The notes: generated from the sequence alone by a model not told the origin. A stretch of DNA of 64,000 nt from Peptococcaceae bacterium UBA5755 (GCA_002419005.1 DIFF01000012.1:147455-211454), one strand, 5' to 3'. Positions 1-9,147 are shown, counted from the first letter of the stretch. Made by a program: numbers and translations.

Positions 1-141
1 GTTGGCAGACAAATGCCCCCCCGTTTTAGAAACCACCTGCAGCATATACTTACGTACCTCGGCAGCCAACTGATTTAATTGTTCCAAAGACAAAATTTTT
101 ATGTCTGCCGGGCTGTTAACTTTTTCTAATAACGTCTTCAT
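1..141 (-). CDS. dxs: 1-deoxy-D-xylulose-5-phosphate synthase, first 47 codons only (gene continues past the left edge)
   Basis: Manual minus-strand translation from the ATG at 141..139 gives MKTLLEKVNSPADIKILSLEQLNQLAAEVRKYMLQVVSKTGGHLSAN. The SKTGGHL-x-NLG N-terminus is characteristic of DXS. It is absent from the ORF track because it is truncated. Confidence 0.85.
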   Translation of the reverse strand, partial: MKTLLEKVNSPADIKILSLEQLNQLAAEVRKYMLQVVSKTGGHLSAN

Positions 142-175
142 TATATTATTTTTACCCTTTTGTTTTTTATTTATC

Positions 176-748
176 TTATTTACTCTTTTTAATATTCAAA
201 AGTTCCCGCCAGGCCAAAATTTGCGCCACCTGCCAAACTATTTCGTTGGCTTTATTTATCGCAAAGGTTTTGCCCAAAGCCTTGCCCCCCACTGTAATGG
301 CGGAAACTAAACCAGTCATTAAAACGCTAAAAATTATCTTTTTGGGGTCGCCTTCCAAAAAAATTATAAAAATTATGGCCGCACCCAAGCTGCCGCTTAC
401 TGTACCGCAAATGTCACCTACTACATCATTGCAAATATTAGCCACTTTGTGGGCTTCTCGCACCAAAGTAATAGCCTGCTGGGCTCCGGGTGTCCTTCTA
501 GCTGCCCGGGCATGAAATGGCGCTTCATCTGCTACAGTAACTGCAACCCCAATTATATCGAAAATAATGCCAATAAAAATAATTAAAAGCAAAAGCAGTA
601 AACTTAATAAAACAAAGCTAAAGTTTTTTAACAGATACTGAGAAGCAATTGCCAAAAAACATGCAGAAAAAAAGGTACCCAAAGATACAAGAACTACATA
701 TCTGGTAGTACCTTTCTTTTTTTTCTTGCCATTTGTGTTTTGTTTCAA
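176..748 (-). CDS. oapA: Small four-helix integral membrane protein, candidate OLE-associated protein A (OapA)
   Basis: 190 aa with a TTG start at 748 and GGAGG 7 nt upstream. It has four hydrophobic segments (YVVLVSLGTFFSACFLAIA, FVLLSLLLLLLIIFIGIIFDIIGVAV, GSLGAAIIFIIFL, IIFSVLMTGLVSAITVGG). It sits immediately downstream of a large structured noncoding block and immediately upstream of dxs, which matches the OLE-oapA-dxs order I recall for Bacillus halodurans. Confidence 0.6.
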   Translation of the reverse strand: MKQNTNGKKKKKGTTRYVVLVSLGTFFSACFLAIASQYLLKNFSFVLLSLLLLLLIIFIGIIFDIIGVAVTVADEAPFHARAARRTPGAQQAITLVREAHKVANICNDVVGDICGTVSGSLGAAIIFIIFLEGDPKKIIFSVLMTGLVSAITVGGKALGKTFAINKANEIVWQVAQILAWRELLNIKKSK

Positions 749-784
749 AACAAAACCTCCAAAAAATTATAAACATGGTATGTG

Positions 785-1366
785 GGCTCCTAGCGAGTAA
801 ACTTTGTAGCTTAGGTCTGGCAGGATTTCCCATTGGCCCACCAACCCGTCACCAGGCTGGGGGTTTCCCATTACGAGCCAATCTACTGTGTTACCAACAA
901 TATAGCCAGATTACCACTTAGTCCACACTTTAATCCTCGCTAGTTCGTGACAGTCTAGGAGTTTTCCTCCACAACATAAGCTGTACGATTAGCCTCTTTC
1001 GCAACATTGGTTTCGTTCCATCACCCAGAACATTTAGGTCTATCAGCACCAGGGGGTTGCCAAAATTCCACCAATACCACTCAAGGCAGGCTACACTGCA
1101 CCCAGCATTCACCAAATGCAGGTTTAATCCCAAGCCATAGTGCCTGACCCGACCAAGGCCATTTCCCACGCACTTGGGTCTCCACGACGGTGGGGTCGCA
1201 TCCACATGCCATTGCGGCCAGCCCCATCCATCTTAACTCCCACTACCAGCCCCCAACTGGGCGTCAAAAGCCAGCACCAGGAACTTCATCGATGTGCCCT
1301 TAACGGATTTTTAGGCCCGTTCTCAAAGCACAGCTAGTTGACTAGAATACTGCGCCACATACCAAC
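785..1366 (-). ncRNA. Large structured noncoding RNA, candidate OLE (ornate, large, extremophilic) RNA. Both ends are approximate, and the 5' end could lie near 1420.
   Basis: About 0.6 kb with no SD-preceded ORF, and much more G+C-rich than its flanks. By hand count, line 1141-1200 has 39/60 G+C, against 9/60 for line 1381-1440. The minus strand is purine-rich and carries repeated AAUGGGAAA motifs (+ strand tttcccatt at 826-834 and 865-873; ggccatttcccacg at about 1158-1171). There is a long-range 8-bp complement (790-797 ctagcgag with 936-943 ctcgctag). Promoters lie upstream and an OapA-like gene lies directly downstream. Confidence 0.6.
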
Positions 1367-1372
1367 AAAATT

Positions 1373-1455
1373 ATTATAACACATAAAAAATTTTTCATCA
1401 AATTTCACAAAAACTTTTTCTAACTTATTATAACAAAAATTTATGCAATTTGCAA
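1373..1455 (-). promoter_or_regulatory. Two tandem sigma-70-type promoter candidates reading into the OLE-like RNA
   Basis: On the minus strand: TTGCAA (1455..1450), 17 nt, TATAAT (1432..1427); and TTGATG (1401..1396), 17 nt, TATAAT (1378..1373). Confidence 0.4.
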
Positions 1456-1468
1456 ATCAGCAAAACTT

Positions 1469-1828
1469 TTACAAGGTGTCGCTTAAGATATCTATGTCAA
1501 TCGCTTCGCCGCTCTTGTTTAAAGCAATCAAAACGATCAGCCAACCTGCTTCTGTATTTTGATTTCCATAATGACCCAACCAATATTCTGCCGCTCGCTT
1601 GAGCCGTCGTTTTTTATCATAACTAATGCTTTCTGCTGCCCTTGCTTTGCCTTCTTCTCTTGCTTTAACCTCTACAAAGTAAATCACACCATCTTTTTTG
1701 GCGATGATATCTATTTCGCCGCCCACGGCACGATAATTACGCTGGCAGATTGTATAGCCATTTTCTTTTAAGTAGCTTGCAGCAATCTCTTCACTTTTAT
1801 TGCCTCTTGTCCAGCTTTTCAGACCCAT
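1469..1828 (-). CDS. yraN: YraN-family (UPF0102) endonuclease-like protein
   Basis: 119 aa with the GEIDIIAKKDGVIYFVEVKAR core typical of YraN. It is adjacent to rnhB, as in many bacteria. Confidence 0.85.
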   Translation of the reverse strand: MGLKSWTRGNKSEEIAASYLKENGYTICQRNYRAVGGEIDIIAKKDGVIYFVEVKAREEGKARAAESISYDKKRRLKRAAEYWLGHYGNQNTEAGWLIVLIALNKSGEAIDIDILSDTL

Positions 1829-1833
1829 TTATT

Positions 1834-2601
1834 TCAGCTCCTGCTCTTATCTTTCATAAAGCTCAGACGATGAATGGGGGTACGGCCATGTTTCTCGATG
1901 GCCTGGCGATGCTCCAAGGTTGGGTAGCCCATATTTCTATCAAAACCGTATTGCGGCCATTTTGCATGATATTCTAGCATTAGGCGGTCCCTGTAACACT
2001 TGGCAATTATGCTGGCCGCCCCAATCGCCATGCTTTTGGCATCACCTTTTATGATGGCTTTTTGGGGGGTAGTTAAATCTTTTATATTTTCCGCATCCAC
2101 TAGTATGTATTGCGGGGCTGTGTTTAAAGCTTTTACCGCCCGACTCATAGCCAAAATGGCGGCCTGTTTAATGTTTATTTCATCTATTTCCTGATGGCTA
2201 GCCTGACCAATAGCCCAGGCAAAAGCCTGGTTTTTAATTATTTCTTCGGTTTTTTGGCGTTGAGTGTGGCTTAATTTTTTGGAGTCGTTTACGCCCCAAA
2301 TTAAGGCGTTTTGGGGCAAAATTACTGCTGCTGCAACCACTGGCCCAGCCAAAGGGCCCCGCCCCACTTCATCCACTCCGGCTACCAACTCAAAACCGGT
2401 TTGCCACAATTGCCGCTCAAAAAAAAGTAAATTCTCCAGGCGGTCTACCTCTTTTTGCCTCTTTTTCAGCCATTTTTGAGCCTTTTGAGCCACCACTTTT
2501 CTTTTGTCGCAACTAAGTATTTCAATTTCCGCAACCGGCCAGGCAAAATCATTTTTTAAAGCCCGGTCAATTTCTACTACCGGCATGTTTTGCCAGTCCA
2601 T
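1834..2601 (-). CDS. rnhB: Ribonuclease HII
   Basis: 255 aa with the GVDEVGRGPLAGPVV catalytic motif and a DSKKL motif. Confidence 0.93.
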   Translation of the reverse strand: MDWQNMPVVEIDRALKNDFAWPVAEIEILSCDKRKVVAQKAQKWLKKRQKEVDRLENLLFFERQLWQTGFELVAGVDEVGRGPLAGPVVAAAVILPQNALIWGVNDSKKLSHTQRQKTEEIIKNQAFAWAIGQASHQEIDEINIKQAAILAMSRAVKALNTAPQYILVDAENIKDLTTPQKAIIKGDAKSMAIGAASIIAKCYRDRLMLEYHAKWPQYGFDRNMGYPTLEHRQAIEKHGRTPIHRLSFMKDKSRS

Positions 2602-2652
2602 TTAATTTTCCTCCGAATTTTATTTTATTTTTATTTTTGCTTTTAATGTCTA

Positions 2653-3501
2653 TTATCCTAGCTTGTCCAAGGTGAAGGCTCCTAAAAGACCATTGCGAAA
2701 CTCTGCCAAAAGCAGGGCTGCAACATCCGGCAAACGGACCTCCCCGGCACCTGCTAAAAGACCCCTTTTTTTGCCTATGGCCTCCAACACCTGCTGGGGA
2801 TCTAGACCTGCGGCTTCTATTTTATAACGCTTGTCCAAAGTATTCGGATGCTTTTCCTGCAGCCAGCTTATCAAATAATGGGCCGCTTCCTCATCATTAT
2901 AAACTGCAGAGCTGATACAACTAACCAAAGCCAGCTTGTACCCCTCCGACTGAGAGGAAAGCTTGGGCCATAAAACACCTGGGGTGTCCATCAACTCTAT
3001 TTTATCACTGATGCGAATCCACTGTTGGCCCCGGGTTACCCCCGGTTTATTGGCAGTTTTGGCGATAGCTCTGGGCAATAAGGCATTAATCAAAGTGGAT
3101 TTACCCGTGTTGGGAGCACCAACAACCATGGCTCTGACCGGCCGGCGCAAGCGCCCTTTAGCCTCCAACGCCTGCATGGTTGGCTCAGCCAAGTCCTGGG
3201 CCTTGGCCAAAAGCTCTTTTATACCTTGTTTTTCTTTAGCATTGATGGCAATTACCCCAAAACCTTTGCTTTCATAATAAGCCAGCCATTGTTTGGTCGC
3301 TTCTGGATCTGCCAGGTCTTTTTTGTTTAATACCAAAAGCTGCGGCTTGGTGGAAAAACCTTTGGCAAATTCATGGTGCAAGCTTGTGCCAGGTACTCTG
3401 GCATCCACCACCTGAATAGTTATATCCACTAATGGCAATACATTTTTTATTTCTTTTTTAGCTTTGGCCATATGGCCCGGATACCATTGTATTTGCGTCA
3501 C
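2653..3501 (-). CDS. rbgA: Ribosome biogenesis GTPase A (YlqF/RbgA)
   Basis: 282 aa with a QWYPGHMAKAKKE N-terminus, circularly permuted GTPase motifs (LNKKDL ... GAPNTGKST), and the rbgA-rnhB synteny. Confidence 0.92.
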   Translation of the reverse strand: MTQIQWYPGHMAKAKKEIKNVLPLVDITIQVVDARVPGTSLHHEFAKGFSTKPQLLVLNKKDLADPEATKQWLAYYESKGFGVIAINAKEKQGIKELLAKAQDLAEPTMQALEAKGRLRRPVRAMVVGAPNTGKSTLINALLPRAIAKTANKPGVTRGQQWIRISDKIELMDTPGVLWPKLSSQSEGYKLALVSCISSAVYNDEEAAHYLISWLQEKHPNTLDKRYKIEAAGLDPQQVLEAIGKKRGLLAGAGEVRLPDVAALLLAEFRNGLLGAFTLDKLG

Positions 3502-3553
3502 TTTGCTTCTCCTAGCCTAAAAATATTTGCGGGTTAAATGCCTGCTCTATGTT

Positions 3554-4093
3554 TTAATAGTTAATTCCATTTGCTTTGGCATATTCCTGCTGGATTTCTT
3601 TTGCCACATCCTCCACTTTTTGATTTTCCACCCAAATTATCAAATCTGCCTGGTTCCTATATGTTTCTTTATAATCTTTTAGCATTTTTGCTACCATTTT
3701 TTCTGTGGCTTTGGGCGGTAAAAAATATCGGTTGCCCTTGCGGATTATCCTCTCAAAAATTAGGTTTGGGGAAGCCTCCAACAAAACTACATAGCCGTTT
3801 TCTTTTAAAAGACGGCAGTTTTTTTCATTCTGCAAGGTGTTGATGCCGGTGGCGATAACTCGTGGCTGCACCAATAAAGATTTTTCCACCGCCAAATGTT
3901 CCTCAGACACCCAGCGCAAATTGCCATAGCGGCGTACCACATCCCGCAAGGGCAAACCGGTAGCTTCTTCTATGGCAGCGTCTATATCAAAAAAATCATA
4001 TTCCAAAAGAGCGGCTAGGTTGCGGCCAACGATGCTTTTGCCTACACCCATAAAACCAATCAAAACTATATTTTTCTTTATAATATCCGCCAT
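3554..4093 (-). CDS. aroK: Shikimate kinase
   Basis: Start reassigned to the ATG at 4093 (MADIIKKNIVLIGFMGVGKS, Walker A). The longer track ORF (to 4210) would run through a strong terminator hairpin. Confidence 0.85.
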   Translation of the reverse strand: MADIIKKNIVLIGFMGVGKSIVGRNLAALLEYDFFDIDAAIEEATGLPLRDVVRRYGNLRWVSEEHLAVEKSLLVQPRVIATGINTLQNEKNCRLLKENGYVVLLEASPNLIFERIIRKGNRYFLPPKATEKMVAKMLKDYKETYRNQADLIIWVENQKVEDVAKEIQQEYAKANGINY

Positions 4094-4185
4094 CAACTCA
4101 CCCACTTTTTTAAACTTGCAGCAAAACCTACTTGCCATAAATCTATTATATGCAAGGAGATAAGTAGCCATGCTTACAGCGTACT

Positions 4186-4234
4186 GTAAACAAACACAAA
4201 AACTGCCCAAAACAAGGGCAGTTTTTGTGTTTAC
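4186..4234 (-). terminator. Long hairpin terminator after yqeG
   Basis: gtaaac(aaac)acaaaaactgccc / gggcagtttttgtgtttac forms a stem of about 19 bp with one bulge and a 7-nt loop. T-rich runs follow on both strands. Confidence 0.6.
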
Positions 4235-4271
4235 TGGTTTTAGGTTTTATTTAAAATAAATAAAAAACATT

Positions 4272-4778
4272 TTAAAATGTGTGACTTCTCCCCTTGGCTT
4301 TGCTAATTACCAATCTTTCCAGAGCTCGGTTGAACTTAGTACCAAAAAATTCGTGTTTTAAGCAAATTGGGTCTATTAAAATTGTAAAAAGACCAGCTCT
4401 TTTAGCTCCCCACACATCAGTAAAAAGCTGATCGCCCACCATGGCAATAGTGCCCGGTTTACCGTTAAGAAGTTTGACCGCCCGAAGATAGCCACCTTTA
4501 GATGGTTTGGCAGCACGGTAAATGTAGCTAATCCCAAGCTTTTCGGCAACAACTTTTACCCTAGTATCGCTACGGTTGTTGGATAAAAGGCAGGCCTTAA
4601 AGCCTGCTTCTTTTAATTGATCAAACCATTTTACGGTAGCCTCGCTCACTTCTCGCTCATTCCATCGTGTTACCGTATTATCCACATCAAAAAGCAGGCA
4701 CTTTATACCATGAGACTTTAAAGTTTGAAAATTTATATTTTCCAGGCTGCGGCAATAATAGTCCGGGACAAGCTTCAA
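4272..4778 (-). CDS. yqeG: YqeG-family HAD-IIIA phosphatase
   Basis: 168 aa with HAD motif I LLFDVDNTV and a later GDQLFTD motif. TTG start with a GGGGG SD. Confidence 0.85.
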   Translation of the reverse strand: MKLVPDYYCRSLENINFQTLKSHGIKCLLFDVDNTVTRWNEREVSEATVKWFDQLKEAGFKACLLSNNRSDTRVKVVAEKLGISYIYRAAKPSKGGYLRAVKLLNGKPGTIAMVGDQLFTDVWGAKRAGLFTILIDPICLKHEFFGTKFNRALERLVISKAKGRSHTF

Positions 4779-4894
4779 AAAGAGTTCCCCCTTTTTTTAG
4801 ATTATATTATCACCTAAGCTATCACTTATTTGTTAAATTGTCAATCTGCCAGGCAATGTTAAACCATTTTGCCCTATTTTGTTGATGACACATT

Positions 4895-5581
4895 TTACCC
4901 CTGCTTTAACTCTTTCAAAAGCTTTTGTACTGCTCTTTTTTCTATACGAGAAACATAAGAACGAGAGATACCAAGTTTTTTAGCTATTTCCCGCTGGGTG
5001 CGCTCTATAGCATTGCCTAACCCATAACGCTGATTCAAAACATACAACTCTTTTTCATCCAAAATCTTCAGTTTTTCCAACAAATGAAGCTGTTCATCTT
5101 TGCTTTCTATGTAATCCAGCACATCGTCATCATCACTGCCCAACAAATCCAAAAGAGACACTTCATTACCTTCTTTATCTACCCCCACCGGGTCTTGCAG
5201 GTATACCTCACTACGAGAGTTTTTGGTTGAACGTAAGTGCATTAAAATCTCATTTTCTATGCAACGGGCCGCATAGGTGGCAAGCCGAGTACCTTTACCC
5301 GGTTGGTAAGTATTTATACCTTTGATCAAGCCGATAGTACCGATGGATATAAGGTCATCTTTATCTATGCCAGTGCTTTCAAACTTTTTGCCTATGTAAG
5401 CCACCAAACGCAAGTTGTGTTCCACTAAAATATTACGGGCAGTTTCATCGCCTTTTGTCAAAGCTGCCAAATATTTCAACTCGTCAGCTTCATTTAAAGG
5501 CTGAGGGAAGGCATTGTTGTTGAGATAACCAAAAAGAACAGCCCCCCAAGGGACAGCCAAAAGGGCTATAAACCAAGCCAT
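4895..5581 (-). CDS. sigK: Sporulation sigma factor K (pro-sigma-K), uninterrupted
   Basis: [11 protein letters not shown]...[17 protein letters not shown]...[13 protein letters not shown]...[17 protein letters not shown] closely parallels B. subtilis SigK ([11 protein letters not shown]). The hydrophobic pro-peptide is [18 protein letters not shown]. The ATG at 5581 is preferred over the track's GTG at 5593, which overlaps the SD. Confidence 0.9.
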   Translation of the reverse strand: MAWFIALLAVPWGAVLFGYLNNNAFPQPLNEADELKYLAALTKGDETARNILVEHNLRLVAYIGKKFESTGIDKDDLISIGTIGLIKGINTYQPGKGTRLATYAARCIENEILMHLRSTKNSRSEVYLQDPVGVDKEGNEVSLLDLLGSDDDDVLDYIESKDEQLHLLEKLKILDEKELYVLNQRYGLGNAIERTQREIAKKLGISRSYVSRIEKRAVQKLLKELKQG

Positions 5582-5619
5582 AAAAAAGAGCACCTCCGCC
5601 TTTTGTCCGGTAGATTCTA

Positions 5620-5647
5620 TATATTATGCGGCTAAAGGCTTTATTGT
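5620..5647 (-). promoter_or_regulatory. Candidate mother-cell (SigK/SigE-type) promoter for sigK
   Basis: The minus strand reads AC (5647..5646), 17 nt, CATAATATA (5628..5620). This fits the AC-16/17-CATAnnnTA SigK-type consensus. Confidence 0.3.
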
Positions 5648-5677
5648 GCTTGTGTTCTTTATTTTTTGGGGCTTGGT

Positions 5678-7405
5678 TTATTTTTTACTTATACCCTCCA
5701 AAATTGCTAGTTTTTCCACAATTTCTTTAAAAATGGCGGCACCTTCCTTACCGCCGGCCGTACCATTACTTACATATACCGAAACCGCCCATTTTGGCTC
5801 ATCCACCGGGGCAAAACCGGCAAACCATACCCCCTGATACTGTGTAGTACCCGTTTTTCCGGCAGTTGTTACAATTTGGCTTGCTGCATTGACAGCTGTG
5901 CCACTTTTTACTGCTTCCGCCAACATATTCTGCAAGATTGTGGCAGTTTTTTCACTTATAGCACGCTCAGGCTCCACGGCAGTAAGATACTGTATGGTTT
6001 CGCTACCGGCAGCAATAGTCCCCAGCACCAGCTGAGGGGTAACCCGGTAGCCTCCGTTGGCAATAGTAGATATGATTTGAGCGACCATAACCGGGGTAAG
6101 CCGTACCCCATTTTCGCCAATAGACAAATTGGCCACATCGGCCGGTACCTTGCTATTAAAACAAAGTCCTACATTTGTCGAAGCAAGATTATAACCTATC
6201 AGCTGAGATTCCCGCAAACCAAAGCGGTTAGCATAGCTTTGGATGGCATCTCCACCTAGCTCTTGCCCCAACCAAACAAAATAGCAGTTACAAGAGTTAG
6301 CCAAAGCTTCTGCCATATTTTCCTCCCCGTGCCCGTCTTTTTTCCAGCAAGACACTGTATGCCCATTGGTCAAAGTGTAGCTTCCTTCACAAATAAAATC
6401 TTCCGGTAAATCAAGGCCATTTTCCAGGGCGGCAGCCGCCAAAACCAGTTTAAAAACAGAGGCCGGCGGATAGGCCGCCAAAGCTTTGTTGACATAAGAA
6501 TTCAACTCATCTGTGTCTGCCGGTTGCCCCAAGTAAGGGTCATAAGTCGGATAACTTGCCATAGCCAAAACCTGGCCGTTTTGTACATCCATTACTACAA
6601 CTGCTCCATTGTAACCTTCAAGAGCCGCCTCGGCAATTTGCTGATAATTCCTGTCTAAGGTCAAAACTAATAGACCGCCATTATTTTGCGAATCAGAACC
6701 AATTAAAAATAAACTGTCATTAGTCTGTTGACCTCTTTCATCCACCACAATACCAACCGTAGGACCAGACCTATCCCTTAAGAGCTGGTCATATTGCTTT
6801 TCTAACCCTGTTTTGCCAACCAGCAGGCCGGCAGCACTTAAACCCAAAGCTTCTGCTTCTTCTTGGGTGGCAGAGCCCACAAAACCAAGCAAATGGTTGG
6901 CAAGCGGTGGGTCAGCATAACGGGGACACAAGTTTATCACCATTATACCCGGCCAGGCAAGTTCTTGCACCGCTGCCGCTGTTTCTGCATCAAGGTTAGC
7001 CTGAAGTATATAGGGGCTTTGACTAGCACTCGAGAGCTTGTCTGTCAAAATTCCCTCATCATAATAATATTCTAGGGCTTCTGATAAGCTTTGGGCGGCC
7101 TTTTGAGGGTCTCCTATTAAAGTTGGAAAAACAACCAAGCAGGGAGCCTCTTGCCCGGTTAAAGAACGCATATTACGGTCTAAAATATCTCCTCGCTGAT
7201 ATTGATACAACTCTATGCTTCTTAGTCTTTGTTCTTGGGCCCGGGCAGCCAAAGCGTCTCCCCGCACCAACATAAGCCAGCCTAGCCGGCCGATGAGTAA
7301 AAGAAATGCCATAAGTATTATTATAAAAATACCTTTGCTGCGTTTAGCAAACAAAAAACCACCCTCTTTTTGCTTCGTTGCTTTTAGGATGGTTTTTTTT
7401 ACCAA
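5678..7405 (-). CDS. Class B penicillin-binding protein (PBP2/MrdA-like transpeptidase, no PASTA domains)
   Basis: 575 aa with an N-terminal membrane anchor, an SVFK active-site motif (PASVFKLV), an SCN motif (ANSCNCYF) and a KTGT motif (AGKTGTT). Confidence 0.88.
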   Translation of the reverse strand: MVKKTILKATKQKEGGFLFAKRSKGIFIIILMAFLLLIGRLGWLMLVRGDALAARAQEQRLRSIELYQYQRGDILDRNMRSLTGQEAPCLVVFPTLIGDPQKAAQSLSEALEYYYDEGILTDKLSSASQSPYILQANLDAETAAAVQELAWPGIMVINLCPRYADPPLANHLLGFVGSATQEEAEALGLSAAGLLVGKTGLEKQYDQLLRDRSGPTVGIVVDERGQQTNDSLFLIGSDSQNNGGLLVLTLDRNYQQIAEAALEGYNGAVVVMDVQNGQVLAMASYPTYDPYLGQPADTDELNSYVNKALAAYPPASVFKLVLAAAALENGLDLPEDFICEGSYTLTNGHTVSCWKKDGHGEENMAEALANSCNCYFVWLGQELGGDAIQSYANRFGLRESQLIGYNLASTNVGLCFNSKVPADVANLSIGENGVRLTPVMVAQIISTIANGGYRVTPQLVLGTIAAGSETIQYLTAVEPERAISEKTATILQNMLAEAVKSGTAVNAASQIVTTAGKTGTTQYQGVWFAGFAPVDEPKWAVSVYVSNGTAGGKEGAAIFKEIVEKLAILEGISKK

Positions 7406-7431
7406 TTTTATACACTTTAATATTAATAATT

Positions 7432-8517
7432 TTAAAGTTCTAACAGCTCTTTTGGGGTCATAGTTATTCTTTCACAACCGGTCGATGTTATTATCACGGT
7501 ATCTTCTATGCGTACACCACCCCAACCAGCCACATATAAGCCCGGCTCCACTGTTACCACCTGACCTTCTGTTAAAATTGCCGGGTCACCCGGACACAAA
7601 CTAGGCTGCTCATGGACCGCCAAGCCAACCCCATGGCCTAACCCATGTGTAAAATATATTTCTTTGCCGGCTGCTTTAAAAACATTGCGGGCAACAGCAT
7701 CGGCCCCGCCCCCTGTTATGCCAGGTTTGATTGCAGCAAGGGCGGTTTTTTGGGCTAAAAGCACAAGCTCATAAAAATCTTTTTGTTCTTTTGTTGCTTT
7801 GCCAATTATTACCGTGCGGGTAATATCCGAACAGTAACCCTCAAAAATTGCCCCAAAATCCAAAACCACAAAATCTCCCCGCTTGAGCTCTTTTTTACCG
7901 GGGTGGGCATGCGGCAAGGCACTATTTTCTCCCGCAGCCACAATGCTGGGAAAGGATATCCCTTCGGCCCCTTTTTTCCTCATAGCATATTCCAGCTCAT
8001 TAGCTATTTCGGCCTCGGTTACACCGGGCCGCAACATGGGCAAAATATCAAGCCAGGCCGCATCGGCAATTCTGGCTGCCTGACGCATTTTATCCAGTTC
8101 AGTTGAACTTTTTATAAGCCTTCCTTTTTCTGCCGTTTCGTCAATCAAACCAAGCTCAACCTGGGGCAAGGCCTGTTTTATCTCCGAATATTGGCGGCAG
8201 GTAAAAGCGTCGGCTTCCAGCCCCAGCTTGTTGATACCCCAAAGGCGGCATTGCTCTTGCAAAAGTTGCTGCCAGCTTTGCCCAGCAGAACCTTTTATCA
8301 TAACTGCCGTTTCTTTGCATTCTTTGGCCGCCTGGTTAGTAAAACGACCATCAGTAAGAAGGGCCAGGCCTGCTTCTGCCACCAAAAGCCATGCTTCCTC
8401 CCCTGTAAAGTTGCAAACATAGCGGATGTTTTTTGGTTCGGCCAGCAAAACAGCATCGAAGCCAGCTTTTTTGTTTGCTAAAACAATTTGTTGTAATATA
8501 GACATAACCGCCTCCAA
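7432..8517 (-). CDS. M24-family Xaa-Pro aminopeptidase/dipeptidase
   Basis: 361 aa with a creatinase-like N-terminal domain and metal-ligand motifs (DFGAIFEGYCSDITRT, HGLGHGVGLAVHE, EPG...IED). Confidence 0.88.
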   Translation of the reverse strand: MEAVMSILQQIVLANKKAGFDAVLLAEPKNIRYVCNFTGEEAWLLVAEAGLALLTDGRFTNQAAKECKETAVMIKGSAGQSWQQLLQEQCRLWGINKLGLEADAFTCRQYSEIKQALPQVELGLIDETAEKGRLIKSSTELDKMRQAARIADAAWLDILPMLRPGVTEAEIANELEYAMRKKGAEGISFPSIVAAGENSALPHAHPGKKELKRGDFVVLDFGAIFEGYCSDITRTVIIGKATKEQKDFYELVLLAQKTALAAIKPGITGGGADAVARNVFKAAGKEIYFTHGLGHGVGLAVHEQPSLCPGDPAILTEGQVVTVEPGLYVAGWGGVRIEDTVIITSTGCERITMTPKELLEL

Positions 8518-8589
8518 AATAGTGTTTTAAAAAAGGTTTTTGCTTGTACAAATTCTAATCGAGTGATATAATTTTAAAGAGGTGATTTT

Positions 8590-9135
8590 ATGGAAAATAA
8601 CAATCGTTTTTACCCAGCCTGGCTAGAATTTTTGCCTTGGCTGTTTTTGGTTTTATTTTGGGTTTACACAGCCACTCAATATTCCGGTTTGCCCGATACT
8701 TACCCGTATCATTTTGGGGCAGGCGGCACGCCTAATGCCTGGGCGGAAACCTCTCCTTTTATTGTTTTCCTTATGCCCGCTGTTGCTACAATTATGACAG
8801 GGATGTTTACTTTTTTCAACACTAAGTTGCTGCCAAACACAAATGAACCGATGAAATACATAAATTTGCCCAACAAACCAAAAGGGCCCCTCCCCCAAAA
8901 AACAACAGAAAAAATACGCGGTTTGATAATTCGCTCGCTTTATGCCTTAAACATTACACTTTCCCTTGCTTTTTTCAGCTGCGGTTATTACAGCATTCAA
9001 ACAGCTTTAGGGCAGCAGGCTTCTATAAGTTGGTCATATTCGGCTTTTATCGTACTGATTGTTTTTGTCGTCTTTATTGCTCTTTACATGAGTTTTCGTT
9101 TAACCTTTATTGCCCGGTCTTCCATGATAAAATAA
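8590..9135 (+). CDS. DUF1648-type integral membrane protein
   Basis: 181 aa with 4 hydrophobic helices and a YPYHFGAGGTPNAW motif resembling the DUF1648 signature. One of only three + strand genes. Confidence 0.6.
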   Translation: MENNNRFYPAWLEFLPWLFLVLFWVYTATQYSGLPDTYPYHFGAGGTPNAWAETSPFIVFLMPAVATIMTGMFTFFNTKLLPNTNEPMKYINLPNKPKGPLPQKTTEKIRGLIIRSLYALNITLSLAFFSCGYYSIQTALGQQASISWSYSAFIVLIVFVVFIALYMSFRLTFIARSSMIK

Positions 9136-9147
9136 AAGATGATAAAC

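Noticed and set aside
733-1337. Track ORFs inside the noncoding block: 930..1205 (-), 1140..1337 (+), 733..921 (+) and 618..833 (-).
   Set aside because: None has a Shine-Dalgarno sequence or a plausible start context. Their compositions are odd (Trp/Pro/Gly/His-rich) and they overlap one another. They are most simply explained as chance frames in a G+C-rich RNA gene.
780-1340. I considered whether the G+C-rich noncoding block could be RNase P RNA, tmRNA or a group II intron fragment.
   Set aside because: The minus strand has GAGGAAAACUCC but not the RNase P P4 signature (GAGGAAAGUCC ... AGGGUGAAA-type elements), and the block is too long. It has no tRNA-like 3' end (..GGUUCGA.UCC...CCA) or tag ORF as tmRNA would, and no intron-encoded protein or domain V motif. 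Size, context and the downstream membrane protein plus dxs fit OLE better.
4094-4210. N-terminal extensions suggested by the ORF track for aroK (to 4210), gmk (to 12670), flxD (to 45465), flxC (to 44966), the 81-aa ORF (to 59288), the TPR protein (to 41044) and the Fur-family gene (to 41633).
   Set aside because: Each extension overlaps the upstream gene or a terminator hairpin and lacks an SD. Internal starts with good SD spacing restore the canonical N-termini (for example MADIIKKNIVLIGFMGVGKS and VKAKGLLIVISGPSGVGKG).
4895-5593. Possible interruption of sigK by a skin-like element, as in B. subtilis and some clostridia.
   Set aside because: Regions 2 through 4 of the sigma factor are contiguous in one ORF, and the flanking genes are ordinary chromosomal genes.
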